Below are positions 17,699-27,108 of a DNA stretch of 64,000 bases, in pieces. Position numbers and translations under genes: made by a program. The notes beneath the pieces were generated by a model. It ran no database searches. It was not told the DNA's origin and worked only from the letters and a program-made list of their open reading frames with translations. The first letter of the stretch is position 1. The number at the start of each line of letters is the position of its first letter. Origin of the DNA: an uncultured virus (IMG/VR IMGVR_UViG_3300017989_000063) (taxonomy: Duplodnaviria > Heunggongvirae > Uroviricota > Caudoviricetes). The DNA is taken from IMG/VR virus record IMGVR_UViG_3300017989_000063; one strand, 5' to 3'.

Positions 17699-18125
17699 CC
17701 TGCTCCGACTTCGTACCACACCTGCAGACCCTGGCGACGGTGTAGCCCTCGGGCTCGAGCACGTCTGCTACGTCCCTGGGTGTCCAGTGGGTCGGTCCGT
17801 GGCTGTTGTCGACGAAGACGATCAGGTCTCGGAAGCCGAGCTTGGACCAGCCCAGGAGGAACTTGCGGCCGCGGCCCGGGCTGAGTCCGGCCAGGATGTC
17901 CTTGGTGCACAGCATCGTGTTCATCGGCCCGGAGTCCACAGCCTTGGCGCCGAGCCCGCGCAGGGCCTGTTGAACACCGAGGGCGTAGGTCGAAGCACCC
18001 GACACGATCTTGACCGATTTGCCGCGGAGCCCGGCGCGGCCGAGGAGGTTGAACAGGGCGGTCGCCCGGCGGGCTCCTCTCCTCGTCTTCCTCGCGCTCT
18101 TCACAGCCAGGGCTTGCAGTTCCAT
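17631..18125 (-). CDS. Hypothetical protein
   Basis: 164-aa ORF with GC3-rich codons, convergent with the GT4 gene. Confidence 0.5.
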   Translation of the reverse strand: MELQALAVKSARKTRRGARRATALFNLLGRAGLRGKSVKIVSGASTYALGVQQALRGLGAKAVDSGPMNTMLCTKDILAGLSPGRGRKFLLGWSKLGFRDLIVFVDNSHGPTHWTPRDVADVLEPEGYTVARVCRCGTKSEQVMLLRRNGAPRPSGTPSPSSRL

Positions 18126-18161
18126 GTCGAGGAGGGTAGCATCGCGCGTGGAGGTAGGTCA

Positions 18162-18485
18162 ATGCACCCCAAGGAGATCGAGATCTTCGTCAAGAGGATC
18201 GAGCAGAGGACTCGGCAGTCGCTGATGGCGTTCCGCGGACGTACCATCGACGACGAGCTCATCGAGAAGATGGGCCGGCAGCTGGCCTCGGACATCGGTC
18301 CCATCGTCGCCGAGTTCATCGGCCCGATCATCCGCAACCTGAGAGCGGTCAACGTCGGCAAGGACAAGGTCGAGATCACCGGCGAGCTGGTACTGGGTAC
18401 GCTCAACAGGCTGCGCGACTTCTCCAGGTCGGGGAATGTCCAGCCGATCATCGACCGCGTCGATCAGCTTCGGCAGAAGAAATGA
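18162..18485 (+). CDS. Hypothetical protein
   Basis: GGAGGT RBS; coupled to the next gene. Confidence 0.75.
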   Translation: MHPKEIEIFVKRIEQRTRQSLMAFRGRTIDDELIEKMGRQLASDIGPIVAEFIGPIIRNLRAVNVGKDKVEITGELVLGTLNRLRDFSRSGNVQPIIDRVDQLRQKK

Positions 18486-18910
18486 ACCGCCTGATGCGGC
18501 CGGTCACGCGGTCCGTCTTCAACCTGCTCCTTCCTCGGGCAGGCCAGCGACACGACCGCATCATCGACATCCTCGACATCTGGATTCGAGGTTGGGAAGA
18601 GGGCAAGCTGGCCGTCGAGATCGGGGAGGAGATCTGGCAGAACATCAAGTCCCAGTCTCCGGTGTTGAAGGACAGGGCCGCGTTCTTCCTCAAGGCCTTG
18701 GCGGCCGGGTGGGGTGCTGGCGACGTCCTCGTCTGGTACCTGCAGACGGGAGGGAGGTGGACCGATGAGCCGAGTGAAGTCGGCCCTGCGATCCTTGGAA
18801 CCGATCCTTTCCCCGCGCTCGCAAGCGGCAGTCCAGTCCGCAAGATCGGCGCGGAGCGTGCTAAAGCCGGTGGGTCTACTGGTGAAGTCGCTCCTCAAGA
18901 GGAGGATTGA
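18482..18910 (+). CDS. Hypothetical protein
   Basis: Start overlaps the upstream stop. Confidence 0.7.
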   Translation: MNRLMRPVTRSVFNLLLPRAGQRHDRIIDILDIWIRGWEEGKLAVEIGEEIWQNIKSQSPVLKDRAAFFLKALAAGWGAGDVLVWYLQTGGRWTDEPSEVGPAILGTDPFPALASGSPVRKIGAERAKAGGSTGEVAPQEED

Positions 18911-19263
18911 GCGTGGCCCGCGTCGTACCGTTCGTCGGTAGGTTGCAGGACAACCAAGCCCGGTTCTACGAGCGCGAGCTCGGAAAGGTCCTGCACATCC
19001 TCTTCGTCAACGTGGTCGGCAACCCACACGACTCCAACGAGTTCATCGTCTTCGTCGGTGGAGACAGGAAGTACGGCCTCGAGGCGGTGAACATCGGGAC
19101 GGAGGTCTCCCTCAATGCAATCCGATCGAAGTACCTCAGGTTCGCCCAGCACCGATTCAAGATCAGCTGCCAGATCGGCACGCTCGCTTCCCGCTTCGGC
19201 GATGCGAAGGACCGCTCGATGCACTCACTGCGGCAGCGGGAAGACAGCGCGGTACAAGGCTGA
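18907..19263 (+). CDS. Hypothetical protein
   Basis: TTGA overlap; GAGGAGG RBS. Confidence 0.65.
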   Translation: MSVARVVPFVGRLQDNQARFYERELGKVLHILFVNVVGNPHDSNEFIVFVGGDRKYGLEAVNIGTEVSLNAIRSKYLRFAQHRFKISCQIGTLASRFGDAKDRSMHSLRQREDSAVQG

Positions 19264-19378
19264 TCTGCAGGCCGGCAAGTCGTTCTACTTGTGCCTCTCG
19301 TGCGACCAGCCGTTCGAGGTGAAGCTCCTCAACGTCCGCGTCAACGTGAAGCGAGCTCCGCGGCCCTCCCAGAAATAG
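19202..19378 (+). CDS. Small zinc-ribbon protein
   Basis: CTHC..CLSC. Confidence 0.55.
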   Translation: MRRTARCTHCGSGKTARYKADLQAGKSFYLCLSCDQPFEVKLLNVRVNVKRAPRPSQK

Positions 19379-19417
19379 CTTGACAGGATACACACGGCGT
19401 CTGTATAGCTCAGAACC

Positions 19418-19843
19418 ATGAGCGGCGACGACCAGAAGAGTCCTGACCCTAGAGAGAATCCGGATCCGAGAGATCAGGACGACCTCGATCAGCGGCTGCA
19501 AGGAGGCGAGTCCTCCGGCGCCGGAGTCGAGGAGCGGAGAGAGGGTGCGTTCCGCTCCATCAAGCGCAGCGAGGATCTTCAGGACTTCCTCGAGCGAGCC
19601 AACAAGGGAAAGAAGGGCAAGATCAAGCGGGCGTGCCCTGCCTGCGGCTCGAAGAACTACGAAGCCCGCAGCACCCAGAATTACCTCCTCTACCGATGCC
19701 GCGACTGCGGCCAGAAGTGGGAGGCACTGGTTCAGCCGAACACCGTCGGACCGAGGATTCCGGAGGACCCGATGCAGAAGGTTCTGGACAACCTTCCGCG
19801 ACATCGGGACCCCAGAAAGGTACGGAGTGTGCCCGATGAATGA
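19418..19843 (+). CDS. Zinc-ribbon protein
   Basis: CPACGS..YRCRDCGQKW. Confidence 0.75.
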   Translation: MSGDDQKSPDPRENPDPRDQDDLDQRLQGGESSGAGVEERREGAFRSIKRSEDLQDFLERANKGKKGKIKRACPACGSKNYEARSTQNYLLYRCRDCGQKWEALVQPNTVGPRIPEDPMQKVLDNLPRHRDPRKVRSVPDE

Positions 19844-20846
19844 AGGACAGGGAACTCCCCCGCACGTCCATTCCCCGACTGCCAGCGGCATGGCTGATCG
19901 AATCCGTCGAGGCAAGGAGGCCAACGCGGCGACCAGCGCAGCCAAGGCGAGAGGGACAACCAGAGGGGGGCTGGGCGGCCCTCCGCAGCCGGTTCCTCCC
20001 CCACCGTCCGTGTCGACTCCGGCACAGCCCGGGCAGGTACCGTTGCAGGCACCTCCCGGTCAGCCGCAGCCGCCGCAACAGCCGGGGATGCCTCCGGGGG
20101 TGGGCTCTGCCTATCCGGAGGCGCAGGCAGTGAGCTTCGGTACGGTCCCGGTCCCTCCGCCGGCGCCGGCGCAGGCAGGCCCACTCCGTCCGGAGACCAT
20201 CGCCGGCGTCCAGGCGTTCGAGGAGGTCCAGAGGCAGCACGCGACCCAGCAGCCGGGACAGCCCCAGCAGCAGGTCCAGGTCCCCGTGCCGCCGGCCCCC
20301 CCGGAGAACGAGACCAGGGAGGAGGAGCCCAAGCCGCGGCCTCAGCTCGCAGCTCTCTTCGACGGACTCGAGGGTGACGACCCGTTCGGTATCCGCGAGC
20401 TGATGATGGGAGACGCGAGGCGCGAGATCATCGAGAGCCGTCTCGACACCCTGGACTTCGACTCCTGGATCCAACACCTCGAGCTCCGGCAGCGGGTGCC
20501 GATCATCCAGGGTCGGTTCGAGCCTATGTTCAGAACGGTGAGCGGGCGCGAGGACCTCTTCGTCAAGGAGCTCATCGGACACGAGGTCGGCGGCCATCGT
20601 TACGTGCTGGACAAGTTCGCGGTGATGAACCTGGCTCTCGGCCTGGTGGACATCAACGGGACCATCCAGTACCCGAGTCACATCGACCAGAAGACGCGGG
20701 AGCCGGACGAGAAGCTCTTCGAGCAGAAGCTGGCCGACATCCTGCGGCTGCCTGTTCAGATGCTCGCCGACCTGGCAGTCAACTACATGTGGTTCGACCA
20801 CCGGGCCCGCAAGCTGCTCACGCTGGACACGGTAAAAAATGGGTAG
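19836..20846 (+). CDS. Putative tail assembly chaperone (Pro/Gln-rich N-terminus), with -1 frameshift extension
   Basis: Ends GTA AAA AAT GGG TAG (slippery A AAA AAT at 20834-20840); the -1 frame stays open to 21253. Confidence 0.65.
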   Translation: MNEGQGTPPHVHSPTASGMADRIRRGKEANAATSAAKARGTTRGGLGGPPQPVPPPPSVSTPAQPGQVPLQAPPGQPQPPQQPGMPPGVGSAYPEAQAVSFGTVPVPPPAPAQAGPLRPETIAGVQAFEEVQRQHATQQPGQPQQQVQVPVPPAPPENETREEEPKPRPQLAALFDGLEGDDPFGIRELMMGDARREIIESRLDTLDFDSWIQHLELRQRVPIIQGRFEPMFRTVSGREDLFVKELIGHEVGGHRYVLDKFAVMNLALGLVDINGTIQYPSHIDQKTREPDEKLFEQKLADILRLPVQMLADLAVNYMWFDHRARKLLTLDTVKNG

Positions 20847-21253
20847 GTACTCCACTAGGCTGGGCCCGCGCCAACTTCATCTACGAGAAGGAGGAGCGGC
20901 CCTTACCCGGAAGCCTCGTGGAGGCCGTGTTCATCATCGTGTTCTTCAAGAAGCAGCGTGCGGAGTTCCAGAAGGTCCGGGTCTTGTCGCAGGCTGCGAT
21001 CGATCAGAAGGGGGACGACACCCTCAAGGCGTTCGAGGAGTTCCGCAAGGCGTTCTTCCCCTACGAGCGGACTGCCGCTCTTCAGGAGTACGCGCAAGAG
21101 AAGCAAGCTCTCGAGAAGTGGGTCAGCGGTGGTCCGGTCGGTGTGACTCCGCAGATGCTGTCTAGGCAGGAGATGAAGATGCTTCGACAGGGACGGGCCG
21201 CGATGGTCGAGAGACAGCAGGCCGAGCAGCTCGGCACCGTTCGGAGGTTCTGA
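20834..21253 (+). CDS. Frameshift-accessed C-terminal part of the tail chaperone (GT-like)
   Basis: No convincing independent start; reads KKWVGTPLGWARANFIYEKEE in the -1 frame. Confidence 0.6.
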   Translation, partial: KKWVGTPLGWARANFIYEKEERPLPGSLVEAVFIIVFFKKQRAEFQKVRVLSQAAIDQKGDDTLKAFEEFRKAFFPYERTAALQEYAQEKQALEKWVSGGPVGVTPQMLSRQEMKMLRQGRAAMVERQQAEQLGTVRRF

Positions 21254-21447
21254 TGGCTACCTGCTTGCTGAAGAACACCATGTGCAGTGACGACTGCCCA
21301 GCCTACGATGATCGTCAGGAGGGAAGCAGCTGCGCCATCGTGAGGGCAGCGGAGAAGGTCGGCCGCGCAGCCGACACCGTCAACAAGTTCTTCAAGAACC
21401 TGAGCGGGGGCGCGCCGTCGCCGATGCCGCCTAGGACGGGAGTGTGA
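21253..21447 (+). CDS. Small Cys-rich protein
   Basis: CLL..CSDDCPAY..C. Confidence 0.65.
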   Translation: MATCLLKNTMCSDDCPAYDDRQEGSSCAIVRAAEKVGRAADTVNKFFKNLSGGAPSPMPPRTGV

Positions 21448-21448
21448 G

Positions 21449-21850
21449 ATGGGACCCATCTCGGTCAAGGAGTTCACGCAGGGGCTCGATGTACAGAGCG
21501 GCGAGGAGTTCGCGGCCCTCACGTTGACCAACGGACAGTCCAACTGCCGTATCCGGATCAACCCGGAGGACGTACACCAGTTCATCGCCCTGGTGAATGA
21601 TACCCCTCGGGTGGAGGTCGAGGAGTGGCGTTCTGATCCTTCGGCTCCTGTCGAGCCGTTCCTAGCTCCCCCGCAGCAGCCGCTGCCCCCGGAGCCTCCG
21701 ATGGACCCTCTGTTCCAGGCGGTGTCTCCGCAGCAGCCCGAGGTGGACGACTACTCCCAGACGCCGCAGGAGCTCCTCCGTCAGTCGGCAGAGCCGAGCG
21801 TCGATCCTGGCGAGCTGTCGAGTCGGGTGAGAGGAGCGCACCAGATATGA
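21449..21850 (+). CDS. Hypothetical protein
   Basis: Operonic ORF. Confidence 0.7.
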   Translation: MGPISVKEFTQGLDVQSGEEFAALTLTNGQSNCRIRINPEDVHQFIALVNDTPRVEVEEWRSDPSAPVEPFLAPPQQPLPPEPPMDPLFQAVSPQQPEVDDYSQTPQELLRQSAEPSVDPGELSSRVRGAHQI

Positions 21851-22275
21851 TCTACGTCTGCAACGTCTGCGGGCTCGTCATCAAGGTGTCTGACCCCACG
21901 TCTCCTTATGCCGGGCCGCTGTCGGAGGAGAAGTTCCTCCCGTGTGTCAACGAGAGCTGTGGAGGAAAGCTGGTCGACGCCGCTCTTCTCCCGTCGTGGG
22001 CCCGGGACGAAGAGGGCCTCGCGAATGAGGCCAAGGAGTTCACGTCCGAGCAGCTGTTCAAGGCGGCCAAGGGCTTCGGACTTCCGCAGGAGCGCATGGC
22101 TCCTGACACCGTCATCGACCTGCTGAAGAAGCACAAGGTGGTCGAGGTGGTCGGACAGGAGGCAGGCAAGCTCCCTCGGCTCGTGATCGACAAGCTCGTA
22201 CTCGAGGGAGGGTGGGCGTTGCACTTCGCACCCTCGATGTATGGAGCGACCGTCTACAAGGTGACCCATGAGTGA
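21847..22275 (+). CDS. Zn-binding hypothetical protein
   Basis: CNVC..CVNESC. Confidence 0.7.
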   Translation: MIYVCNVCGLVIKVSDPTSPYAGPLSEEKFLPCVNESCGGKLVDAALLPSWARDEEGLANEAKEFTSEQLFKAAKGFGLPQERMAPDTVIDLLKKHKVVEVVGQEAGKLPRLVIDKLVLEGGWALHFAPSMYGATVYKVTHE

Positions 22276-22663
22276 GAAGGCAGACGTTCTCCTTGAGCAT
22301 CTAGCTGTGCTCGAGTGCAAGCTCGATGGGGTGATGCAGGTGCTGGTCCAGCTCGCCGCGGCCAGCGGTGTGGAGCTGCAGCCGGTGGTCACAGAGAACT
22401 ACCGGTGCCCCTACTGCAAGCAGCTCGTCTCGTTCCAGATCTCGTTCCCGGCCGGTGCTGTGGAGAGGTCGTGCGGATGTGGTACGGGCTTGATTCCGCC
22501 TCCGACGCAGGAGGCAGTCGCGAAGATGATGGAGCAGACGGCTCCGCGAGGAAGGGAGACTCAAGATGGCGGTACGGGAAGGGGTGAAGATGACGCAGCC
22601 GCGGCGGCAGAGGCGGCTGACGACCTTGCCACCGCGCTCTCTGATCAGCGTCAGAGACGCTGA
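22268..22663 (+). CDS. Zn-binding hypothetical protein
   Basis: CPYC..CGC. Confidence 0.65.
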   Translation: MSEKADVLLEHLAVLECKLDGVMQVLVQLAAASGVELQPVVTENYRCPYCKQLVSFQISFPAGAVERSCGCGTGLIPPPTQEAVAKMMEQTAPRGRETQDGGTGRGEDDAAAAAEAADDLATALSDQRQRR

Positions 22664-22931
22664 GCTGAAGGTCGCGGCCTACGTCGACGGCAACCGGGTC
22701 GAGCACACCCGGCTGATGCTGGTGACCTCGGACGACGTGTTCGTCTACGACGAGGACCTCCGCAGCGCCGGCGCCACCAAGGCGGCGGGGTGGCTCGAGG
22801 ACCTGGTCAAGAAGGAGGTCCACGGCAACGGCAAGCAGCCGGCCAAGCCGGCGAAGAAGGGCAAGCGCAGTGCCAAGAAGGGATCCCAGAAAGGTAAGGC
22901 CGCACGGCCCTCGCGTGCTCGTTCGGTGTGA
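22590..22931 (+). CDS. Hypothetical protein with a basic tail
   Basis: GC3-rich ORF; start uncertain (22566 or 22590). Confidence 0.65.
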   Translation: MTQPRRQRRLTTLPPRSLISVRDAELKVAAYVDGNRVEHTRLMLVTSDDVFVYDEDLRSAGATKAAGWLEDLVKKEVHGNGKQPAKPAKKGKRSAKKGSQKGKAARPSRARSV

Positions 22932-23310
22932 GCCGCATCCCGGAGCCACCTCGAGCGGGCTCATCGTCCTGCCAGAGGGCTTCTCGGAGATGGAGCAGCG
23001 AGATGTCAGGGCCGGCATCGTCGTCCGCAAGGGGACGGCCAGAGAGCTGTGCCCGGCGCGCCGATGCAATCCTCGGGAGCCGTCGTACCTGGGTCGGCTA
23101 CTCGCTGGGGTCAAAGTGGGGGACAGGGTCGTCTTCAGGAAGTTCATCGGGGAGATGAACGACCTGAGCGCGCAGTGGGGCTTCGACGCCGACGATGGGG
23201 ACTACTCCATCCTCGACATCGAGGACGTCCTCTGCGTCGTGGGAGATAGCGTCGGGGTCGGCAACCTCTGCATTCGGGGAGAGAACTATGGCAAGAAGAA
23301 GGCACGCTGA
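22870..23310 (+). CDS. GroES/Cpn10-like co-chaperonin
   Basis: RVLVR..TSSGLIVLP..GIVVRKG..VKVGDRVVFRKFIG..YSILDIEDVLCVV; start uncertain. Confidence 0.8.
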   Translation: MPRRDPRKVRPHGPRVLVRCEPHPGATSSGLIVLPEGFSEMEQRDVRAGIVVRKGTARELCPARRCNPREPSYLGRLLAGVKVGDRVVFRKFIGEMNDLSAQWGFDADDGDYSILDIEDVLCVVGDSVGVGNLCIRGENYGKKKAR

Positions 23311-23797
23311 GGGGACGCAGGTGCCAATGCACCGCAGCAAGCAGCAGATCGAGACGATGCTGCTCGACTGGGGTGCCAAGGCCATCGAGTTCCGGGACAA
23401 GATCGTGGGTGACCACCAGGTCATCGAGCTGCGCTTCGTGTGGATGTTCGACGACATCCCGCTGAGCGCGTGCTTCAAGATGGCGGTCGACGAGGAGGAT
23501 CTCATCGAGCGCTCCAGGCACGGTCGGACGGGCGAGGTGCTGTCCACCAAGCTCGACCGCAACCGAGAGAACTGGGGCAAGGAGACCCTTCGGCTGCTGC
23601 ACACGTTCCTCAAGGCGTCGCTGCACGCCGTCAACGAGGGACTCATCACGGCCGAGCAGGTCTTCATGCCGTGGTTCGAGGACGCCAGCGGAACCGTGCT
23701 GAGCGACGTCCTCGACCCAAGGAAGCTGGCCGAGAACATGAGCGCCAAGCGTCTGATGGGACAGACCACCAGGCTGCTGACCTCCGGAGGTGAGTGA
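23288..23797 (+). CDS. Phage hypothetical protein
   Basis: GGGGAG RBS; T.VP..RSK.QIE.ML..WGA pattern. Confidence 0.75.
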   Translation: MARRRHAEGTQVPMHRSKQQIETMLLDWGAKAIEFRDKIVGDHQVIELRFVWMFDDIPLSACFKMAVDEEDLIERSRHGRTGEVLSTKLDRNRENWGKETLRLLHTFLKASLHAVNEGLITAEQVFMPWFEDASGTVLSDVLDPRKLAENMSAKRLMGQTTRLLTSGGE

Positions 23798-23958
23798 TGC
23801 TGCCGCTCGTCAGATTCATCCCCGGTACCGTGACCGCCACCTTCCAGCATCGGGAGACGAGGAGAAAGGTCAAGATCTATCTCGTGGCCATCCACCCGCT
23901 CACGTTCGCCGCCATCACGGTGATGACGTTCCTGGCGGGCTACTGGGCTCAGCTCTAG
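23797..23958 (+). CDS. Small membrane protein (possible holin or lysis helper)
   Basis: 53 aa, TGATG-coupled, C-terminal hydrophobic helix, directly before the endolysin. Confidence 0.5.
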   Translation: MLPLVRFIPGTVTATFQHRETRRKVKIYLVAIHPLTFAAITVMTFLAGYWAQL

Positions 23959-23967
23959 GAGGTCAAG

Positions 23968-24507
23968 ATGTCCGTCGAGATGGAAGCCGTGTCGTTCGAG
24001 GTCGCACATTGGCCGAAGCCTCCACTCCCCGTGAAGAGGGGGCTCGACCGGTTCTACGGGTCGTTCAAGACGGCTGAGCTCTCCGGTGGAAACGTCCGCA
24101 TCCTCGGCGACTGGATGCAGGACAACATCGTGACCGTCGGGGTACGAGTCCGCTCTCCTCGAGAGAAGTCCAAGAGGATTCGGAAGATCCAGGTGCATCG
24201 GAAGATCGCCCCGATGTTCGAGGATCTGATGGCCTACATCTTCGAGCAGTTCCCCGGCTATCCGATCCTACAGCTCGGCGGGTTCTGCCCGAGACACAAG
24301 ATGCACAACCCGGAGCGCGGACTCTCGGTCCACTCCTGGGGCGCGGCCATCGACATCAACTGGAAGAACAATCCAGTCTCGCGCCGGCTGAAGACCGACT
24401 TCCCCGACGGCTTCGTCGAGGTGTTCGAGGCCGCCGGATGGAACTGGGGTGGCCGCTGGAACGGGTTCAAAGATGCGATGCACTTCCAGTTCACGAAGGG
24501 AGCCTGA
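23968..24507 (+). CDS. M15-family peptidase (L-Ala-D-Glu peptidase-type endolysin)
   Basis: R..SVHSWGAAIDIN..WGGRW..DAMHFQ zinc-binding motifs. Confidence 0.88.
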   Translation: MSVEMEAVSFEVAHWPKPPLPVKRGLDRFYGSFKTAELSGGNVRILGDWMQDNIVTVGVRVRSPREKSKRIRKIQVHRKIAPMFEDLMAYIFEQFPGYPILQLGGFCPRHKMHNPERGLSVHSWGAAIDINWKNNPVSRRLKTDFPDGFVEVFEAAGWNWGGRWNGFKDAMHFQFTKGA

Positions 24508-24508
24508 C

Positions 24509-24673
24509 GTGGCCAAGGCCAGGGACCAGGTCTGGGTGAGGCTCGACATGAAGCTCCCGCGGGAGCTGAAGGACTTCGCCCAGGAGTACGCCAAGAAGAA
24601 GGGAACCACCCTCTCACAACTGATCCGGGATTTCCTGGTGGGGCTGAAGAATGTCAACCCACGACAGTTCTGA
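24509..24673 (+). CDS. Ribbon-helix-helix DNA-binding protein
   Basis: RLDMKLPRELKDFAQEYAKKKGTTLSQLIRDFL. Confidence 0.75.
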   Translation: MAKARDQVWVRLDMKLPRELKDFAQEYAKKKGTTLSQLIRDFLVGLKNVNPRQF

Positions 24674-25208
24674 ACAGCAGGAGGGGCTGGGGCAGTCCTC
24701 TCGTAGGACAGTGACCGAGTCGTGGCCCCTCAAGGAGAACACGCTGGATGGCATCTACGATGCTATCGGACAGATCGTGTCCGCTCCGGGGGCTGTGAAG
24801 TCCATCCACATCACCCAGGGTCAGCCGATCAGCGTCGAGAGGGTGGTGGGGCCAGAGGACGACCTGGCCAAGTTCATCGGGGAGGATCCGACATCCACGT
24901 TCGACGTCGTGCGGACGCGGGCCCAGATCCACGAGTACATAGGACAGGTCTCTCCCCACCAGCAGATCTGGGAGATGTTCTTGTTCATCACGCAGCAAGG
25001 CCTCGAGGTGAACCGTGTCCTTGTCGGCAGCTCGGATCAGCTCTCGCGCTGGTTGGCTGCGGGGGAGGCCAACATTCCTCGAGTTCTCGGGTGCAGAATC
25101 GACGAGGAGCCGGAGATTCCGGCGAACGTCATCCTCGTCTGTGGCGCACCCTTCCGTATCTCTCCGATGGTCGAGGTCACCCAGGCCATCAAGGGGGTGA
25201 TGGGATGA
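24651..25208 (+). CDS. Hypothetical protein
   Basis: Operonic ORF. Confidence 0.7.
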   Translation: MSTHDSSEQQEGLGQSSRRTVTESWPLKENTLDGIYDAIGQIVSAPGAVKSIHITQGQPISVERVVGPEDDLAKFIGEDPTSTFDVVRTRAQIHEYIGQVSPHQQIWEMFLFITQQGLEVNRVLVGSSDQLSRWLAAGEANIPRVLGCRIDEEPEIPANVILVCGAPFRISPMVEVTQAIKGVMG

Positions 25209-25450
25209 GTCAGAGATCCAAGGTCGTTCGTCACATCCTCCGCTCGGGCATCGTACCGAGGGACGTGCTTCGACACCTCGTAAGCGCCGGCGTGGCATCA
25301 GCCACTGAGGTCGAGGAGCACTACGGGAAGGAACCCCTCCCGGACACGGAGGAAGGTCGGCAGGAGTGGTCCAAGGAACTCGCCGGGTTCCTCGAGGACC
25401 GCGAGATCGAGTTCGTCGAGGAGACGAGGCTCGACAACGAAAGGGGATAG
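25205..25450 (+). CDS. Hypothetical protein
   Basis: ATGA overlap. Confidence 0.65.
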   Translation: MSQRSKVVRHILRSGIVPRDVLRHLVSAGVASATEVEEHYGKEPLPDTEEGRQEWSKELAGFLEDREIEFVEETRLDNERG

Positions 25451-25454
25451 TGCC

Positions 25455-25787
25455 ATGCCGAAGTGCAACGGGTGCGACAAGAACGTGCGGAAGGACCGCC
25501 TGAAGCTGGTCGAGGTGGACGGGGAGAAGAAGGCCCTCTGTCCGACGTGCCGCAAGGAGAACAAAGAGGGGAGCGGCAGGGCCGACGTGCGCCGCCTCTT
25601 CGCGATCCCCGGCGGTGCCGGCGGCAAGAAGGTCGGACACGACGTGACCTACAGCTACTCGGGCGACGGCTTCGAGGTCCACATCAAGCTGGGCGAGAAG
25701 ACCGGCGCCATCCGGCTCGATGTGGGGCCGGTGAAGCTGGCCGTCGAGCTCGACTGGGACCAGCTGAAGGCCGTGATCAACGGATAG
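25455..25787 (+). CDS. Zn-binding hypothetical protein
   Basis: CNGC..CPTC. Confidence 0.7.
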   Translation: MPKCNGCDKNVRKDRLKLVEVDGEKKALCPTCRKENKEGSGRADVRRLFAIPGGAGGKKVGHDVTYSYSGDGFEVHIKLGEKTGAIRLDVGPVKLAVELDWDQLKAVING

Positions 25788-25796
25788 GAGTTCCAC

Positions 25797-26315
25797 ATGG
25801 CTCGCCGTAGGATGACCAAGGCCGAGCGAGAGGCCTACGAGGAGACGAAGGCGGAGATCAACTTCGCCCGTAACCAGCTCGCCGCGGCCCTCAACGCCAC
25901 CAGCATCATCCAGGTGGTCAACAGGGCGGCCACGCAGACGCAGGCTTCCGTGCTCTGTCGGGTGAAGGAAGAGGAGCTGTTCATGCAGCTCATCTGGTAC
26001 CTGCTGTCCCAGGAGCAGGAAGCTGACGGGAAGTGGTCGATCTTCATTGCCCAGCAGTACTTCCTCGACGAGAACCAGGAGCTCCGCTTCGGCTGGCACA
26101 TCTCGCTGACGTCCCAGAACATCGCCTGGGCCATCAGCCAGATCCGGAAGCTCATCGAGCTCGTGTCCTCGAGCCTCGGAATCCAGTTCCGGCTGGAGAG
26201 CATGCCGCTGCCTCACATCACCGCGGCCGACAGGAATCAGCCCAACGAGAAGGGTGGTGGTGTGGTGGGCACTACGGACGGGCTCATCCCGGCCATCCTG
26301 CGCAGTGGGAGGTAG
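25797..26315 (+). CDS. Hypothetical protein
   Basis: AGGAG RBS. Confidence 0.75.
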   Translation: MARRRMTKAEREAYEETKAEINFARNQLAAALNATSIIQVVNRAATQTQASVLCRVKEEELFMQLIWYLLSQEQEADGKWSIFIAQQYFLDENQELRFGWHISLTSQNIAWAISQIRKLIELVSSSLGIQFRLESMPLPHITAADRNQPNEKGGGVVGTTDGLIPAILRSGR

Positions 26316-26319
26316 GGAG

Positions 26320-27108
26320 ATGGGCAAGAACGACGACCTCACTCCAGCTCCTGCACCGACCGGCCCGGTCACTCCTCCCCGTGAGGAAGGCAAGACCGTG
26401 CCGACGATGTCTCCGACTCCCTTCCGGGAGCAGGGCACTGACCAGCCGATCGATCCGGCGGTCAAGGCTGACTACCTTCAGGGGGAGAGCCTCATCCACC
26501 AGCTGCAGGGCACCGTCGCCAAGTTCAAAATCGAGGTGATGTTCGGCCGCGGTCGTACAACCCAGGGCCCCAACGCCTACGCCATCCGGGTCTTCGAGTC
26601 CGGTCGGGCGCTCAGTGGCGAGGGCGACGTGCAGATCCCGTTCTGCTCGGAGGTCGACGCAGGGCATCCCTCCGTCGGCAAGTACCCTCCTCGGCCGAAG
26701 GACAAGAAGGCCGGCTGCGGATACCCGATCCCGGACAGCTGCATCAGGTACGCCACCATCATGGCCCGGGACGGGAGCGGAGCGTTCAGCACCAGGGTGG
26801 CTCACTGCCCGCACTGCCAGGGGGACATCCCGGCCGAGCTCGCGGCCACGGAGATCTATGCCAGGACCACCACGGACCACCTGGCCGAGAAGCTGGCGGA
26901 GATCTGGAGGCAGCTCCAGGGCAACGCTGACATCTACCTGAAGTTCTCCGCCGGGGACATCCGCTACCAGGCCTGCGAGAGGAAGTACGGCGGTGAGAAG
27001 GCACGCCAGCTTCGAGGCTTGCACATCTACGACCTGCCTCGTATCCTCAAGGACACCGGGGCCGGCTCGAGCCTGGTGGAGCGCTTCAAGGCGTTCCTGA
27101 AGAGCTGA
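26320..27108 (+). CDS. Zn-binding hypothetical protein
   Basis: FC..GCG..CPHC; ADIYLKF. Confidence 0.75.
   Translation: MGKNDDLTPAPAPTGPVTPPREEGKTVPTMSPTPFREQGTDQPIDPAVKADYLQGESLIHQLQGTVAKFKIEVMFGRGRTTQGPNAYAIRVFESGRALSGEGDVQIPFCSEVDAGHPSVGKYPPRPKDKKAGCGYPIPDSCIRYATIMARDGSGAFSTRVAHCPHCQGDIPAELAATEIYARTTTDHLAEKLAEIWRQLQGNADIYLKFSAGDIRYQACERKYGGEKARQLRGLHIYDLPRILKDTGAGSSLVERFKAFLKS

Noticed and set aside
24654..26465. Long antisense ORFs (also 29497..31092, 48158..49810, 49919..51754, 57928..60126)
   Set aside because: These are shadow ORFs opposite GC3-rich real genes.
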